From an uncultured Clostridia bacterium (GTDB taxonomy: Bacteria > Bacillota > Clostridia > Oscillospirales > CAG-272), in assembly GCA_904501985.1 (NCBI GenBank), contig CAJGCT010000003.1, forward strand, positions 4,809 through 68,808: 64,000 nt of DNA, given 5' to 3'. The first letter of the stretch is position 1. Each line of letters starts with the position of its first letter. The position numbers and the translations under genes are program-made. A model generated the notes under the pieces. The model was not told the DNA's origin, searched no databases, and worked only from the letters and a program-made list of their open reading frames with translations. Positions 27,742 to 37,355 of the stretch are shown in pieces.

Positions 27742-29484
27742 ATGACGATTTTTGATGTGCTTACTCTTATTGGAGGACTGTGTCTGTTCCTCTTCGGCAT
27801 GAATGTTATGGGCGAGGGACTTGAGCGCCGTGCGGGAAACGGACTTAAAGCACTGCTCGGAAAGCTGACGGGCAGTAAAATAAAAGGCTTTCTTACAGGT
27901 CTCGGTGTCACAGCCGTAATTCAAAGCTCTTCGGCTACTACCGTAATGGTGGTAGGCTTTGTAAACTCTAAGATAATGACTCTGAAGCAGTCTATCGGCG
28001 TTATTATGGGTGCCAATATAGGTACTACCATTACCGCATGGATACTGAGTCTCGGAGGCATTTCAAGCGATAATATTTTTATAAAGCTTCTTAAGCCGAC
28101 CTCTTTTACGCCTGTACTTGCCCTTATTGGTACGGCGTTCCTTATGTTTGCAAAATCCGGCAAGAAAAAGGATGTCGGAACAATACTCCTTGGATTTGCA
28201 ACCCTTATGTTCGGTATGGATACCATGTCGTCCGCTGTTTCGGGACTTGCGGATGTGCCTGCGTTCCAAAATATGTTTCTCCTCTTTAAGAACCCTATAC
28301 TCGGTGTCATTGTGGGCGCAGTGCTTACGGGAATAATTCAGTCAAGCTCTGCTTCTGTGGGTATTCTTCAGGCACTTTCATCTACGGGCGCGGTTTCTTA
28401 CGCCGCGGCAGTACCGATTATAATGGGTCAGAACATAGGTACCTGTGTGACCGCACTTCTGTCTTGTGTGGGTGCCAACAAAAACGCGAAGCGTGCGGCA
28501 GTGATACATCTGTCATTTAACGTTATCGGCACTGTTATATGGCTTTCCGTCTTCAGTATAATATCCGCGGTTTTCCGTCCTGCCATACTTGATATGTCTG
28601 CCGACTATCTCGGTATTGCCGTGGCACATTCTGTGTTCAATATCCTGTGTACGGCTTTGCTTCTTCCTATGTCGTCCGTGCTTGAAAAAATCGCTTATAA
28701 AATTGTTCCGGAGGATGGCGAGAAAGAAACTACTGTTATACTTGATGAAAGACTTCTTGCGGCTCCTACCGTTGCACTTGCAGAGAGCAGCAGTCTTACC
28801 TGCAAAATGGCGCACTTGGCTGTTGACGGCTTTAAGTCAAGCCTTACTCTCATCGGTGAGTACAGTGCGGAGACGGCGGAAAATATCCGTCGGCTTGAAA
28901 ACGAGACTGACCGATACGAAGATATACTCGGAACATATCTTACAAAGATATCAAGTCATCAGATAGGTGACGAGGACAGCACGGAGGTCTCAAAGCTGCT
29001 TAAGGTGATAGGTGATTTTGAGCGTATTTCCGACCACAGCGTAAATATTCTTGAATCTGTGGAAGAGCTGAGGGAAAAAGGCATCGAATTTTCCGACAGT
29101 GCAAAGGCAGAGCTTGGAATACTGTCTGCGGCACTTTCCGAAATACTTGACATGACACTTGATTCATTTAAGAATAATGACGTTGATATGGCGTATCATG
29201 TTGAGCCGCTTGAGCAGGTTATTGACCGTCTTAAGGAAAAGCTGCGTGACAGTCACATAATCAGACTCAGAAGCGGCGACTGCACGGTTGAAGCCGGATT
29301 TATCTGGGCGGATCTTCTTACAAATCTCGGCAGAACGTCGGATCATTGTTCAAACGTCGCAGGATGCATAATAGATGCAAGAAACAGCAATATGAATCTT
29401 CACGAGTCTCTTCGCGAGATAAAGGCAGGCAGTCCGGAGTTCAAGGCGAGCTACGAGGCATATGCGGCAAAGTATTCCCTGTAA
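27742..29484 (+). CDS. Na+/phosphate cotransporter family protein with C-terminal PhoU-like repeats
   Basis: Duplicated Na_Pi_cotrans motif (QSSSATT.. / QSSSASV..) in the membrane domain, followed by a soluble PhoU-like helical tail. Confidence 0.85.
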   Translation: MTIFDVLTLIGGLCLFLFGMNVMGEGLERRAGNGLKALLGKLTGSKIKGFLTGLGVTAVIQSSSATTVMVVGFVNSKIMTLKQSIGVIMGANIGTTITAWILSLGGISSDNIFIKLLKPTSFTPVLALIGTAFLMFAKSGKKKDVGTILLGFATLMFGMDTMSSAVSGLADVPAFQNMFLLFKNPILGVIVGAVLTGIIQSSSASVGILQALSSTGAVSYAAAVPIIMGQNIGTCVTALLSCVGANKNAKRAAVIHLSFNVIGTVIWLSVFSIISAVFRPAILDMSADYLGIAVAHSVFNILCTALLLPMSSVLEKIAYKIVPEDGEKETTVILDERLLAAPTVALAESSSLTCKMAHLAVDGFKSSLTLIGEYSAETAENIRRLENETDRYEDILGTYLTKISSHQIGDEDSTEVSKLLKVIGDFERISDHSVNILESVEELREKGIEFSDSAKAELGILSAALSEILDMTLDSFKNNDVDMAYHVEPLEQVIDRLKEKLRDSHIIRLRSGDCTVEAGFIWADLLTNLGRTSDHCSNVAGCIIDARNSNMNLHESLREIKAGSPEFKASYEAYAAKYSL

Positions 29485-29520
29485 AATTGGCGAGGGAGCG
29501 CACATAATGTGAAAAAACAC

Positions 29521-29549
29521 TTGACAAACAGGTTGCTCAGGTGTATAAT
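29521..29549 (+). promoter_or_regulatory. Consensus sigma-A promoter of the thrS leader
   Basis: TTGACA at 29521-29526, a 17-nt spacer, then TATAAT at 29544-29549. Confidence 0.75.
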
Positions 29550-29555
29550 GTAGTG

Positions 29556-29842
29556 TGTAAAAGCCGAATGGATTCAACCGACAAAGCGCGTTTTCAGAGA
29601 GAGTCTCATAGCTGTGAGAGACTTAACGTGTCATCGGATATGAGACCGCCGTTCAGCAGATGCTTTCTGTTTAGCAGATGCTTTCTGCTATAGGCTCCGC
29701 GCAGGAAATGGCGCGGCGGGTGACGCCGTTATACGCCAAAGCGGTAAATGCCGCAGTACAGAGTGAAAAGATCGGGTGGAACCGTGAAGTATTTCTTCAC
29801 CCCGAAGGTATGATTTTATTATTATGCCTCGGGGTGTTTTTG
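29556..29842 (+). promoter_or_regulatory. T-box riboswitch leader (threonine) controlling thrS
   Basis: AGAGAG GA-motif near 29597. T-box sequence GATCGGGTGGAACCGTG at 29770-29786. Overlapping terminator CACCCCGAAGG...CCTCGGGGTG + TTTTT (29797-29842). A possible ACC specifier lies at 29645-29647 (tentative). Confidence 0.8.
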
Positions 29843-29877
29843 TTTCCCTGAGGAGATGAAAGGAATGGTATTTTATT

Positions 29878-31812
29878 ATGTTCAAAATCAAATTTGACGG
29901 TATGGAAGCCGTAGAATTCGATGTGCCGATTACGGTATACGAGGCGGCAAAATCCAAGGAGCTTACCGACAGATCATCTCTCGCGGCTCTTGTAAACGGA
30001 AATGTTACAGCACTTTCCTATGAGCTTTCCGAGGATGCGGATGTTAAGATTCTCACTTTTGCCGATGCAGAGGGCAAGCACGTTTTCTGGCACACCGCGT
30101 CCCATATTCTCGCGCAGGCTGTAAAGCGTCTTTATCCTGCGGCGAAGCTGACCATCGGTCCGGCTATCGAAACAGGCTTCTACTATGATATTGACAGCGA
30201 GGTTGCTTTTACTCCTGATATTCTTTCGAATATCGAAGCTGAAATGCAGAAGATAGTTAAGGAAAATCTCCTTATCGAGCGCTTTACGCTCTCTCGTGAT
30301 GAGGCTATCAAGCTTATGAGTGAGAAGGACGAGCCATACAAGGTTCAGCTTATTGAAGAGCTTCCCGAGGGTGAGGAAATCTCCTTCTACCGTCAGGGTG
30401 AGTTTACCGACCTCTGCGCAGGTCCGCATATTTTCTCTACAGGCGCAGTTAAGGCTCTGAAGCTTATTCAGTGCACCGGTGCATATTGGAAGGGCGATCA
30501 GGCAAACAAACAGCTCCAGCGTATCTACGGTGTTGCATTCCCCGCAAAGGATATGCTCAAAGAGCATCTTGCGCAGGTCGAGGAAGCAAAGAAGCGCGAC
30601 CACAACAAGCTGGGACGTGAGCTTGAGATATTCACCACCGTTGATTCTATCGGTCAGGGACTTCCCATCATGCTCCCCAAGGGTGCACGTATTATTCAGC
30701 TTCTCCAAAGATGGATCGAGGACGAGGAGCAGAAGCGCGGATATCTCCTTACCAAGACTCCTCTTATGGCAAAATCCGACCTTTATAAGATTTCCGGTCA
30801 CTGGGGTCACTACAAGGACGGTATGTTCGTTCTTGGCGACGAGGAAAAGGACAAGGAAGTGTTCGCACTCCGTCCTATGACCTGCCCGTTCCAATATCAG
30901 GTGTTTTTAAACCGTCAGCGCTCTTACCGCGACCTTCCCATGCGTCTTGGTGAGACATCCACCCTGTTCCGCAACGAGGACAGCGGCGAAATGCACGGCC
31001 TTATCAGAGTTCGTCAGTTCACCATCTCCGAGGGACATCTCATCCTCCGCCCCGAACAGCTTGAAGAAGAATTCAGAGGTTGTGTTGAGCTTGCCAAGTA
31101 TACACTCGATACTCTCGGACTCAGCGAGGACGTTTCCTACCGCTTCTCTCAGTGGGATCCGGACAACCGCGACAAGTATGAGGGTACTGACGAGCAGTGG
31201 GCAGAGGCTCAGGGCGCAATGAAGAAGATCCTCGATAACCTTGGCATCAATTATGCCATCGGTATCGGTGAGGCGGCATTCTACGGTCCGAAGCTTGACA
31301 TTCAGATAAAGAATGTTCATGGTAAGGAAGATACTCTTATCACCATTCAGATCGACCAGCTTCTTGCAGAAAGATTCGGTATGGAATATATTGACGTTGA
31401 CGGTCAGAAACGCCGTCCCTATATCATTCACAGAACCTCTGTGGGATGCTACGAGCGCACACTTGCGCTCCTTATCGAAAAATACGCAGGCGCATTCCCC
31501 ACATGGCTTGCTCCCACCCAGATCGCAATTCTTCCCATCGGCTTCGATCAGCATGAGTATGCGGAAGCACTCAATGCGAAGCTTGAGGCTGCCGGAATCC
31601 GTACTTTCCTTGACGAGCGCAATGAAAAGATCGGATATAAGATCCGTTCCGCTCAGCTTGAAAAGATTCCGTATATGCTTGTTATCGGCGATAACGAAAA
31701 GAATGCCGGAACAGTTGCGGTACGTTCTCGCAAGGAAGGCGATCTTGGCGTTATGAGTCAGGACGAGTTTATAGGTAAAATTCTTTGCGAGATTGCTACA
31801 AAAGCAAGATAA
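29878..31812 (+). CDS. thrS: Threonine--tRNA ligase
   Basis: 644 aa with a TGS domain, an editing domain (HTASHILAQA), class II core motifs (FRNEDSGEMHGLIRVRQFT) and an anticodon-binding tail. Confidence 0.95.
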   Translation: MFKIKFDGMEAVEFDVPITVYEAAKSKELTDRSSLAALVNGNVTALSYELSEDADVKILTFADAEGKHVFWHTASHILAQAVKRLYPAAKLTIGPAIETGFYYDIDSEVAFTPDILSNIEAEMQKIVKENLLIERFTLSRDEAIKLMSEKDEPYKVQLIEELPEGEEISFYRQGEFTDLCAGPHIFSTGAVKALKLIQCTGAYWKGDQANKQLQRIYGVAFPAKDMLKEHLAQVEEAKKRDHNKLGRELEIFTTVDSIGQGLPIMLPKGARIIQLLQRWIEDEEQKRGYLLTKTPLMAKSDLYKISGHWGHYKDGMFVLGDEEKDKEVFALRPMTCPFQYQVFLNRQRSYRDLPMRLGETSTLFRNEDSGEMHGLIRVRQFTISEGHLILRPEQLEEEFRGCVELAKYTLDTLGLSEDVSYRFSQWDPDNRDKYEGTDEQWAEAQGAMKKILDNLGINYAIGIGEAAFYGPKLDIQIKNVHGKEDTLITIQIDQLLAERFGMEYIDVDGQKRRPYIIHRTSVGCYERTLALLIEKYAGAFPTWLAPTQIAILPIGFDQHEYAEALNAKLEAAGIRTFLDERNEKIGYKIRSAQLEKIPYMLVIGDNEKNAGTVAVRSRKEGDLGVMSQDEFIGKILCEIATKAR

Positions 31813-31934
31813 ATAAGTACATGAGAGGGGAATGTCCAAGTTTTCGAATAAACTTCGGCATTCCCCCTCGTAATTGCCGCAACTACGGCAATTTCAAGCT
31901 TATAAAATAAAATCAAAAATATTTCAAAAACCTA

Positions 31935-31963
31935 TTGACAAACAGTCCGCGATGTGATATAAT
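31935..31963 (+). promoter_or_regulatory. Consensus sigma-A promoter of tRNA-Glu
   Basis: TTGACA at 31935-31940, a 17-nt spacer, then TATAAT at 31958-31963. It shares TTGACAAACAG with the thrS promoter. Confidence 0.7.
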
Positions 31964-31981
31964 ATTCGTGTTCTGAAGAAC

Positions 31982-32056
31982 GGCCTGTTGGTCAAGCGGC
32001 TAAGACGCCGCCCTCTCAAGGCGGAAACATGGGTTCGATTCCCGTACGGGTCACCA
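31982..32056 (+). tRNA. tRNA-Glu (anticodon CTC)
   Basis: Hand-folded cloverleaf: acceptor GGCCTGT/ACGGGTC (two G-U pairs), anticodon stem CCGCC/GGCGG with loop CTCTCAA, T-arm ATGGG-TTCGATT-CCCGT, and an encoded CCA. Confidence 0.85.
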
Positions 32057-32060
32057 AAGC

Positions 32061-32091
32061 AAAAAACCATCCCTCGCGGATGGTTTTTTTG
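32061..32091 (+). terminator. Terminator after tRNA-Glu
   Basis: CCATCC-CTCGC-GGATGG stem followed by TTTTTTT. Confidence 0.75.
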
Positions 32092-32196
32092 TTTTGTGCT
32101 ACTGCGCGCGCGGAAGTGAACCCCGTAAATTGCCGGCGCAGTGTAGTTCACCCGAAACAAAATGCAATTTACCGCGCAAGCGAGGCTTGCGCGTGG

Positions 32197-32220
32197 CGAT
32201 ATCCCGTACGGGTCACTAAG
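32197..32220 (+). repeat. Direct duplicate of the tRNA-Glu 3' end (att-like remnant)
   Basis: TCCCGTACGGGTCAC at 32202-32216 is identical to 32040-32054 within the tRNA, and the flanking CGAT and AAG also match. Confidence 0.7.
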
Positions 32221-32307
32221 ACAAATACTCATATTAACACAAATATTGCCCTCGCTATGCTTCAGAACGAGGGCAATATCCTTTTTGAAGCTTTATACTG
32301 TCAATTT

Positions 32308-32751
32308 TCACTTGTTTTCTGCATTTTGCTGTTTTTGCTTCAGCTTTTCGTTGAGTTTTGCTGTATTTTGCTTGATTATGGAATAAATAATCGCCCAAAT
32401 TACAAGATACCCAAAAACAAAAATACATGAGAAAACCAAAATGGGAGTTGTACCCCATTCCAACCAATTGTTTATGAGATAAGTACCAAGATAGCTGATA
32501 TATAAAACGCCGCCGTGAATCAGGATCGCTACCATCAAGGGAAGCCGTTCAATTTGATAGATGACATTCATGCCGCCTGCAATAAATGCAAGTGCGGTTA
32601 ATGAAAATATCCCAAGGCAGACCTGATTTACAGTCAGTGTCTCCATATCACCGCGATGCTGTAAAATCAGATATAATACCGCCAAAATAATGGGTCCAAA
32701 ACCGCAGGCAAGTAGCCCTCGGCGAAAAAATTCCAAAACAATCTTTTTCAT
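32308..32751 (-). CDS. DUF3021-like small membrane protein (partner of the LytTR regulator)
   Basis: 147 aa with 4 TM helices. It overlaps the upstream LytTR gene by 4 nt, and this pairing is common in Firmicutes. Confidence 0.6.
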   Translation of the reverse strand: MKKIVLEFFRRGLLACGFGPIILAVLYLILQHRGDMETLTVNQVCLGIFSLTALAFIAGGMNVIYQIERLPLMVAILIHGGVLYISYLGTYLINNWLEWGTTPILVFSCIFVFGYLVIWAIIYSIIKQNTAKLNEKLKQKQQNAENK

Positions 32752-33191
32752 ATGCCCTCATACCTCCTCTTGATTTCCGCAAAGCATCGTCTTGAAACAT
32801 ATTCCCGATATCCACACCCGAACACAGCATCCACACCGCCGCCAAGTGCCGCATCAAATCGCAGAATACGGTGTTCATTGGCAAGGGAGGACTTGTTAAT
32901 GCGTATAAAATAGGAGGGAAGAACATCTTCCAAATCACGAAGCTTATCCTTTATGCGATAGTGAGCGCCGTCAATGTCAATTGCAATCACTTTTCTGTCA
33001 ATAATCGTGATACATTCGATTTCTTGAAATGCCAATTTTCGCATCTCATCATCCATGTACCCCATAATGTAATCCGCACCGGAAAAGCGGCATACAAGAT
33101 TTTCTATCTGCTCTGTCAGGGAAGACGGTGCATGAGCGACTACGGTTATTTCTTCTTCCGCATTTTTATCAATAATGAGTTTGTATTTCAT
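32748..33191 (-). CDS. LytTR-family DNA-binding protein (stand-alone, no receiver domain)
   Basis: 147 aa. The pattern ...IECITIIDRKVIAIDIDGAHYRIKDKLRDLEDVLPSYFIRINKSSLAN is typical of LytTR domains. Confidence 0.7.
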   Translation of the reverse strand: MKYKLIIDKNAEEEITVVAHAPSSLTEQIENLVCRFSGADYIMGYMDDEMRKLAFQEIECITIIDRKVIAIDIDGAHYRIKDKLRDLEDVLPSYFIRINKSSLANEHRILRFDAALGGGVDAVFGCGYREYVSRRCFAEIKRRYEGI

Positions 33192-33203
33192 TGCCTCAAA
33201 TCC

Positions 33204-33935
33204 TTACTGTTTTTTCATTTGCCTGAGGAAGCAGAGCACAGCCGCCGCAGTTATAAATAAGCTGTACAGAATAACCGGCGGAATATGTGCGGCGGCAGCT
33301 TCAAAGTCCCCGGTAAATAACGATTTTTCCATTTCTGCTGCGTGTACAAATGGGAGCGCATGGGCTGTTTTTTTGAAAGTTCCACCTACAAGGTTCAAAT
33401 CAAACCATACACCGGAAAACCATGCGGAAAGATTGGTAAGCAACGCTCCGCAAATACCGCCAACCTGCTTTACTCCAAGAACACTGCCGCTCAGAAGTCC
33501 CAGAGCAATATTGAAGATCGCCATTGGGATGATTCCAAGGATTGCATAAATGATATTTACGCTGACAGTCAGTCCAAGAGGAATGGCAAACAGATAGCAG
33601 ATGATGATTTGTCCGATAGCGATGGGTAAAAGCGGAAGCATATATCCTATGATAAAGTCAAGTCCCCTGAGAGGTGTTGTATACAACCTCTGTAGGAAGG
33701 CACTTTCACGGTCTTTGGCAATCAGGGTTGCGGAAAAAAGGGTGATAAACGAAAGCCCGAATACGGTAATGCCCGGAGTCAGAGTGTCGATTTCAAACAG
33801 GCTTACCGGTATGTTTGCCTGAATAGCACTGAGGAGCAACAACAAGACCAAAGGGAAACCCAGACCAAAAACAAGATTGAGCGGATCACGCAAAATCTCT
33901 TTTGCACATCTTTTTGCAAAAGTCATCATTCTCAT
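33204..33935 (-). CDS. ABC-2 type transporter permease
   Basis: 243 aa with 6 TM helices. It overlaps the upstream ATPase gene by 4 nt. Confidence 0.75.
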   Translation of the reverse strand: MRMMTFAKRCAKEILRDPLNLVFGLGFPLVLLLLLSAIQANIPVSLFEIDTLTPGITVFGLSFITLFSATLIAKDRESAFLQRLYTTPLRGLDFIIGYMLPLLPIAIGQIIICYLFAIPLGLTVSVNIIYAILGIIPMAIFNIALGLLSGSVLGVKQVGGICGALLTNLSAWFSGVWFDLNLVGGTFKKTAHALPFVHAAEMEKSLFTGDFEAAAAHIPPVILYSLFITAAAVLCFLRQMKKQ

Positions 33936-34660
33936 ACCGCATCCTCCTTTACAATAGAAATGAAAGCGTTTTCAAAGTCATTGGTTCCGGCTTTTGCACG
34001 AAGTTCTTCCACCGTTCCTACGGCAAGAAGCCTGCCGCTTTTCATAATACCGATTCTATCGGAAAGTGCCTCCGCTTCTTCCATATAGTGTGTGGTCAGG
34101 ACAATAGTAACTTTGCCTTTCAAAGAATGAATCGTTTCCCACAGATCACGTCTTGCAATGACGTCAAGTCCAAGAGTAGGTTCATCAAGAAATAGAATTT
34201 TCGGCTCGCTGATCAGTGCCATTGCAATGCTGACACGTCTCTGCCAACCGCCGGATAGCTTGCCGGCTTTTCTATGCAAAACGGTATCCAGAGTAAACCT
34301 CTCGGAAAGCTCATTTATCTTTGCCACGGTTTTTTCTTTGGAAAATCCGTGGATACCGCATATCAGCTCCAGGTTTTCTTTCACCGAAAGGTTCGGTGCA
34401 ACAGCGGTTTCTTGGGGCGATACGCCAATTATCTGCTTTATCTTGTCTGACTGCTTCGATATACTGTAACCGCCGACTATAGCCTCGCCGCCGGAGGGCT
34501 TAGTTAGACCGGTCAGCATTTTTATTGTTGTTGTTTTTCCTGCACCGTTGACACCAAGCAGCGAAAATAACTCACCCTGACGAATTTCTAAATTAAGATT
34601 ATCTACAGCGGTCAGCTTTTTATACCGTTTGGTAAGCTTAGTTATTTTAATATCCTGCAT
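33932..34660 (-). CDS. ABC transporter ATP-binding protein
   Basis: Walker A GVNGAGKTT, signature LSGGWQRR, Walker B ILFLDEPT. Start set at ATG 34660 after GGAGGA; the track ORF starts at 34786. Confidence 0.88.
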   Translation of the reverse strand: MQDIKITKLTKRYKKLTAVDNLNLEIRQGELFSLLGVNGAGKTTTIKMLTGLTKPSGGEAIVGGYSISKQSDKIKQIIGVSPQETAVAPNLSVKENLELICGIHGFSKEKTVAKINELSERFTLDTVLHRKAGKLSGGWQRRVSIAMALISEPKILFLDEPTLGLDVIARRDLWETIHSLKGKVTIVLTTHYMEEAEALSDRIGIMKSGRLLAVGTVEELRAKAGTNDFENAFISIVKEDAV

Positions 34661-34888
34661 CAGACTTATCCTCCATTCTGCTTTTATATCATTATAGCAT
34701 ATAAACATGGAGAAATGCTGCTTTTTGTCTGTTCGGTAATTTTCGATGTCTAATCGGTTATAGGAAACTCGCTTTACTGTGGACACGGTTCGGATATTTA
34801 ACCGTCCGGATTATAACTATCCCCATACATAAACAGTAGTACCCTCCGTGGGAGCTTAAAACTCCTGCGGAGGGCACTTTTTTGTAAA

Positions 34889-37228
34889 TCAGTTGAACAA
34901 ATCGTCAGCCTCGGAGGAGAGTACAGAGTGCTTAACTCTGTCGTCAACCTCGGAACGCTTTGCATCGTTGAAGCTGTCAAGAGTACCTACAAGGTATCCG
35001 GTGATGCGGCGGATACGCTCGAATTTACCCTGTCCGTCATCCTCGGTGCGGTGGCAGTGAGGACATTCGTTGCCGATGATACCGGTGTAGCCGCATACGG
35101 GGTCGCGGTCAACAGGATGGTTGATTGAGCCGTAGCCTACGCCGGATTCCTTCATGCAGCGGATAACCTGCTCGAATGCATCAAGGTTTTCCATGGGATC
35201 GCCGTCAAGCTCAACATAGGTGATATGACCTGCGTTGGTAAGCTCGTGGTAAGGAGCTTCAAGCTTGATTTTTTCGTTTGCGGAGATAGGGTAGTGTACG
35301 GGAATGTGGAAGGAGTTGGTGTAGTAATCGCGGTCGGTAACGCCCTCGATAACACCGAATTTCTTCTTGTCTATACGGACGAATCTTCCGGAGAGACCCT
35401 CGGCAGGAGTACCGATAACCGTGATGTTAAGACCGTACTTCTTGCTTGCCTCGTCGGCGCGCTTACGCATGAAACCGATGATTTCAAGACCGAGATTCTG
35501 GGCATCGGCAGATTCACCGTGATGCTTGCCGGTAAGTGCTTTCAAGCACTCTGCAAGACCGATAAAGCCTACTGTAAGAGTACCGTGCTTCAGCACCTCG
35601 CCAACCTTGTCGTCAACTCCCAGCTTGTCCGAGCCGAGCCAGATTCCCTGACCCATAAGGAACGGATAGTTGCGGACTGTCTTCTCGGACTGAATCTTGA
35701 AGCGGTCGAGAAGCTGATCGAATACAATGTTTATCTTTCTGTCAAGCTCGTCAAAGAACCAATCAATATTGCCCTTAGCGTTGATAGCGATACGAGGCAG
35801 GTTTACGGAAGTAAAGCTGAGGTTTCCTCTGCCGGTTACAACTTCGTTGTTCTTATCGTAATTGTTTGCCATTACGCGGGTACGGCATCCCATGTACGCA
35901 ACCTCGGTTTCCGGCTTTCCGGGCTGATAGTAGCGAAGGTTGTAGGGAGCGTCGATGAACGAGAAGTTGGGGAACAGACGCTTTGCGGAAACCTTGCAGG
36001 CAAGCTTGAAGAGGTCGTAGTTGGGATCGCCGGGATTGTAGTTGATGCCTTCCTTGACCTTGAGTATCTGAATGGGGAATATGGGAGTCTCGCCGTTTCC
36101 AAGTCCTGCTTCGGTGGCAAGGAGGATAGATTTCATTACGAGTCTGCCCTCAGCAGAGGTGTCAAGACCGTAGTTAAGTGAGCTGAACGGAATCTGTGCA
36201 CCGGCACGGGAGTGCATGGTGTTAAGATTATGGATAAGAGCTTCCATTGCCTGATATGTAGCGCGCTCTGTCTCCGAAAGAGCATATTTGCGTGTGAATT
36301 CCACTATGCGAGCCACTTTCTCCTCACCGTATTTTTCGGTGAGCGCGGCAGTGATCTCTGCAACAAATGCGGAGGTGTTAGCAAGTGTAGCTTCATTTTT
36401 GAGGGATTCAAGCAGTGCTCTTGCTGTATCCTCGGCATCCTCTATATTGCAGAGAAGCTCAAGTGCCTTGGCAAGATTCTTTCTGTAATGCTTTTTGTAG
36501 GTCTTCTTTACACCGGGAGCCATTCCGTATTCGAAATTGGGAATAGACTGACCGCCGTGCTGGTCATTCTGGTTTGACTGAATGGCGATGCAGGCAAGGG
36601 CGGAATAGCTTGCAATATCGTTGGGAGCACGGAGAAAACCGTGGCCGGTGGAGAATCCCTTTTCAAAGAGCTTCAGAATGTCGATCTGACAGCAGGTGGT
36701 GGTCAGCGTCAGGAAGTCCATATCATGAATATGTATATCGCCCTCGTTGTGCGCTTTTGCGTGAACAGGGTCGAGAATGTACATCTCATAGAATTGCTTT
36801 GCGCCCTCGGAACCGTATTTGAGCATCGTGCCCATAGCTGTGTCGCCGTTGATATTTGCGTTCTCACGCTTTATGTCGGAATCCTTTGCAGCCTTGAAGG
36901 TGAGGTCCTCGTAGGTCTTCATAAGCTTGGTGTTCATCTCGCGAACACGGGTACGCTGAGCACGGTAAAGGATGTATTCCTTTGCGGTACGTGCGTGACC
37001 GTTGTTTACAAGCACCTTTTCCACGGTATCCTGTATCTGCTCAACGGTAGGAGGACCGTTCTTGCCATATTCGGTTTCAAGCTGATCTGCTACCTTGTAA
37101 GCAAGCTCCATTGCAGTGTTGTAGTCATGTCCGCCGACAGCTTCTGCCGCCATAAATATGGCGTGTGCTATCTTCTCAATATTGAACGGTGCTTCACGGC
37201 CGTCACGCTTGATTATTTTGGTTATCAT
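34889..37228 (-). CDS. nrdD: Anaerobic ribonucleoside-triphosphate reductase NrdD (class III)
   Basis: N-terminal ATP-cone (MITKIIKRDGREAPFNIEKI), C-terminal Zn ribbon (CGYTG...CPHC) and the glycyl-radical motif RIRRITGYL. Confidence 0.93.
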   Translation of the reverse strand: MITKIIKRDGREAPFNIEKIAHAIFMAAEAVGGHDYNTAMELAYKVADQLETEYGKNGPPTVEQIQDTVEKVLVNNGHARTAKEYILYRAQRTRVREMNTKLMKTYEDLTFKAAKDSDIKRENANINGDTAMGTMLKYGSEGAKQFYEMYILDPVHAKAHNEGDIHIHDMDFLTLTTTCCQIDILKLFEKGFSTGHGFLRAPNDIASYSALACIAIQSNQNDQHGGQSIPNFEYGMAPGVKKTYKKHYRKNLAKALELLCNIEDAEDTARALLESLKNEATLANTSAFVAEITAALTEKYGEEKVARIVEFTRKYALSETERATYQAMEALIHNLNTMHSRAGAQIPFSSLNYGLDTSAEGRLVMKSILLATEAGLGNGETPIFPIQILKVKEGINYNPGDPNYDLFKLACKVSAKRLFPNFSFIDAPYNLRYYQPGKPETEVAYMGCRTRVMANNYDKNNEVVTGRGNLSFTSVNLPRIAINAKGNIDWFFDELDRKINIVFDQLLDRFKIQSEKTVRNYPFLMGQGIWLGSDKLGVDDKVGEVLKHGTLTVGFIGLAECLKALTGKHHGESADAQNLGLEIIGFMRKRADEASKKYGLNITVIGTPAEGLSGRFVRIDKKKFGVIEGVTDRDYYTNSFHIPVHYPISANEKIKLEAPYHELTNAGHITYVELDGDPMENLDAFEQVIRCMKESGVGYGSINHPVDRDPVCGYTGIIGNECPHCHRTEDDGQGKFERIRRITGYLVGTLDSFNDAKRSEVDDRVKHSVLSSEADDLFN

Positions 37229-37304
37229 AGACTGTCTCCTTTGTTAAAATATGTATGTTAACTGCCCGTATATGTTGATTGGGCGAAAATCTGCAAAAGG
37301 TGCA

Positions 37305-37355
37305 ACACCACAAAATATAGTATCTTAAGAAATCGGACACCACAAGATATAGTAT
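37305..37355 (-). promoter_or_regulatory. Two putative NrdR boxes upstream of nrdD
   Basis: ACACCACAAAATATAGTAT (37305-37323) and ACACCACAAGATATAGTAT (37337-37355) are 32 nt apart. Each matches about 12 of 16 positions of the NrdR consensus acaCwAtATaTwGtgt. Confidence 0.55.

Noticed and set aside
32029-32430. The ORFs 32029-32430 (+), 31924-32232 (-) and 47845-48151 (both strands) overlapping the tRNA genes.
   Set aside because: They run through tRNA-Glu or tRNA-Gln and their terminators. These are spurious ORFs in structured RNA regions.
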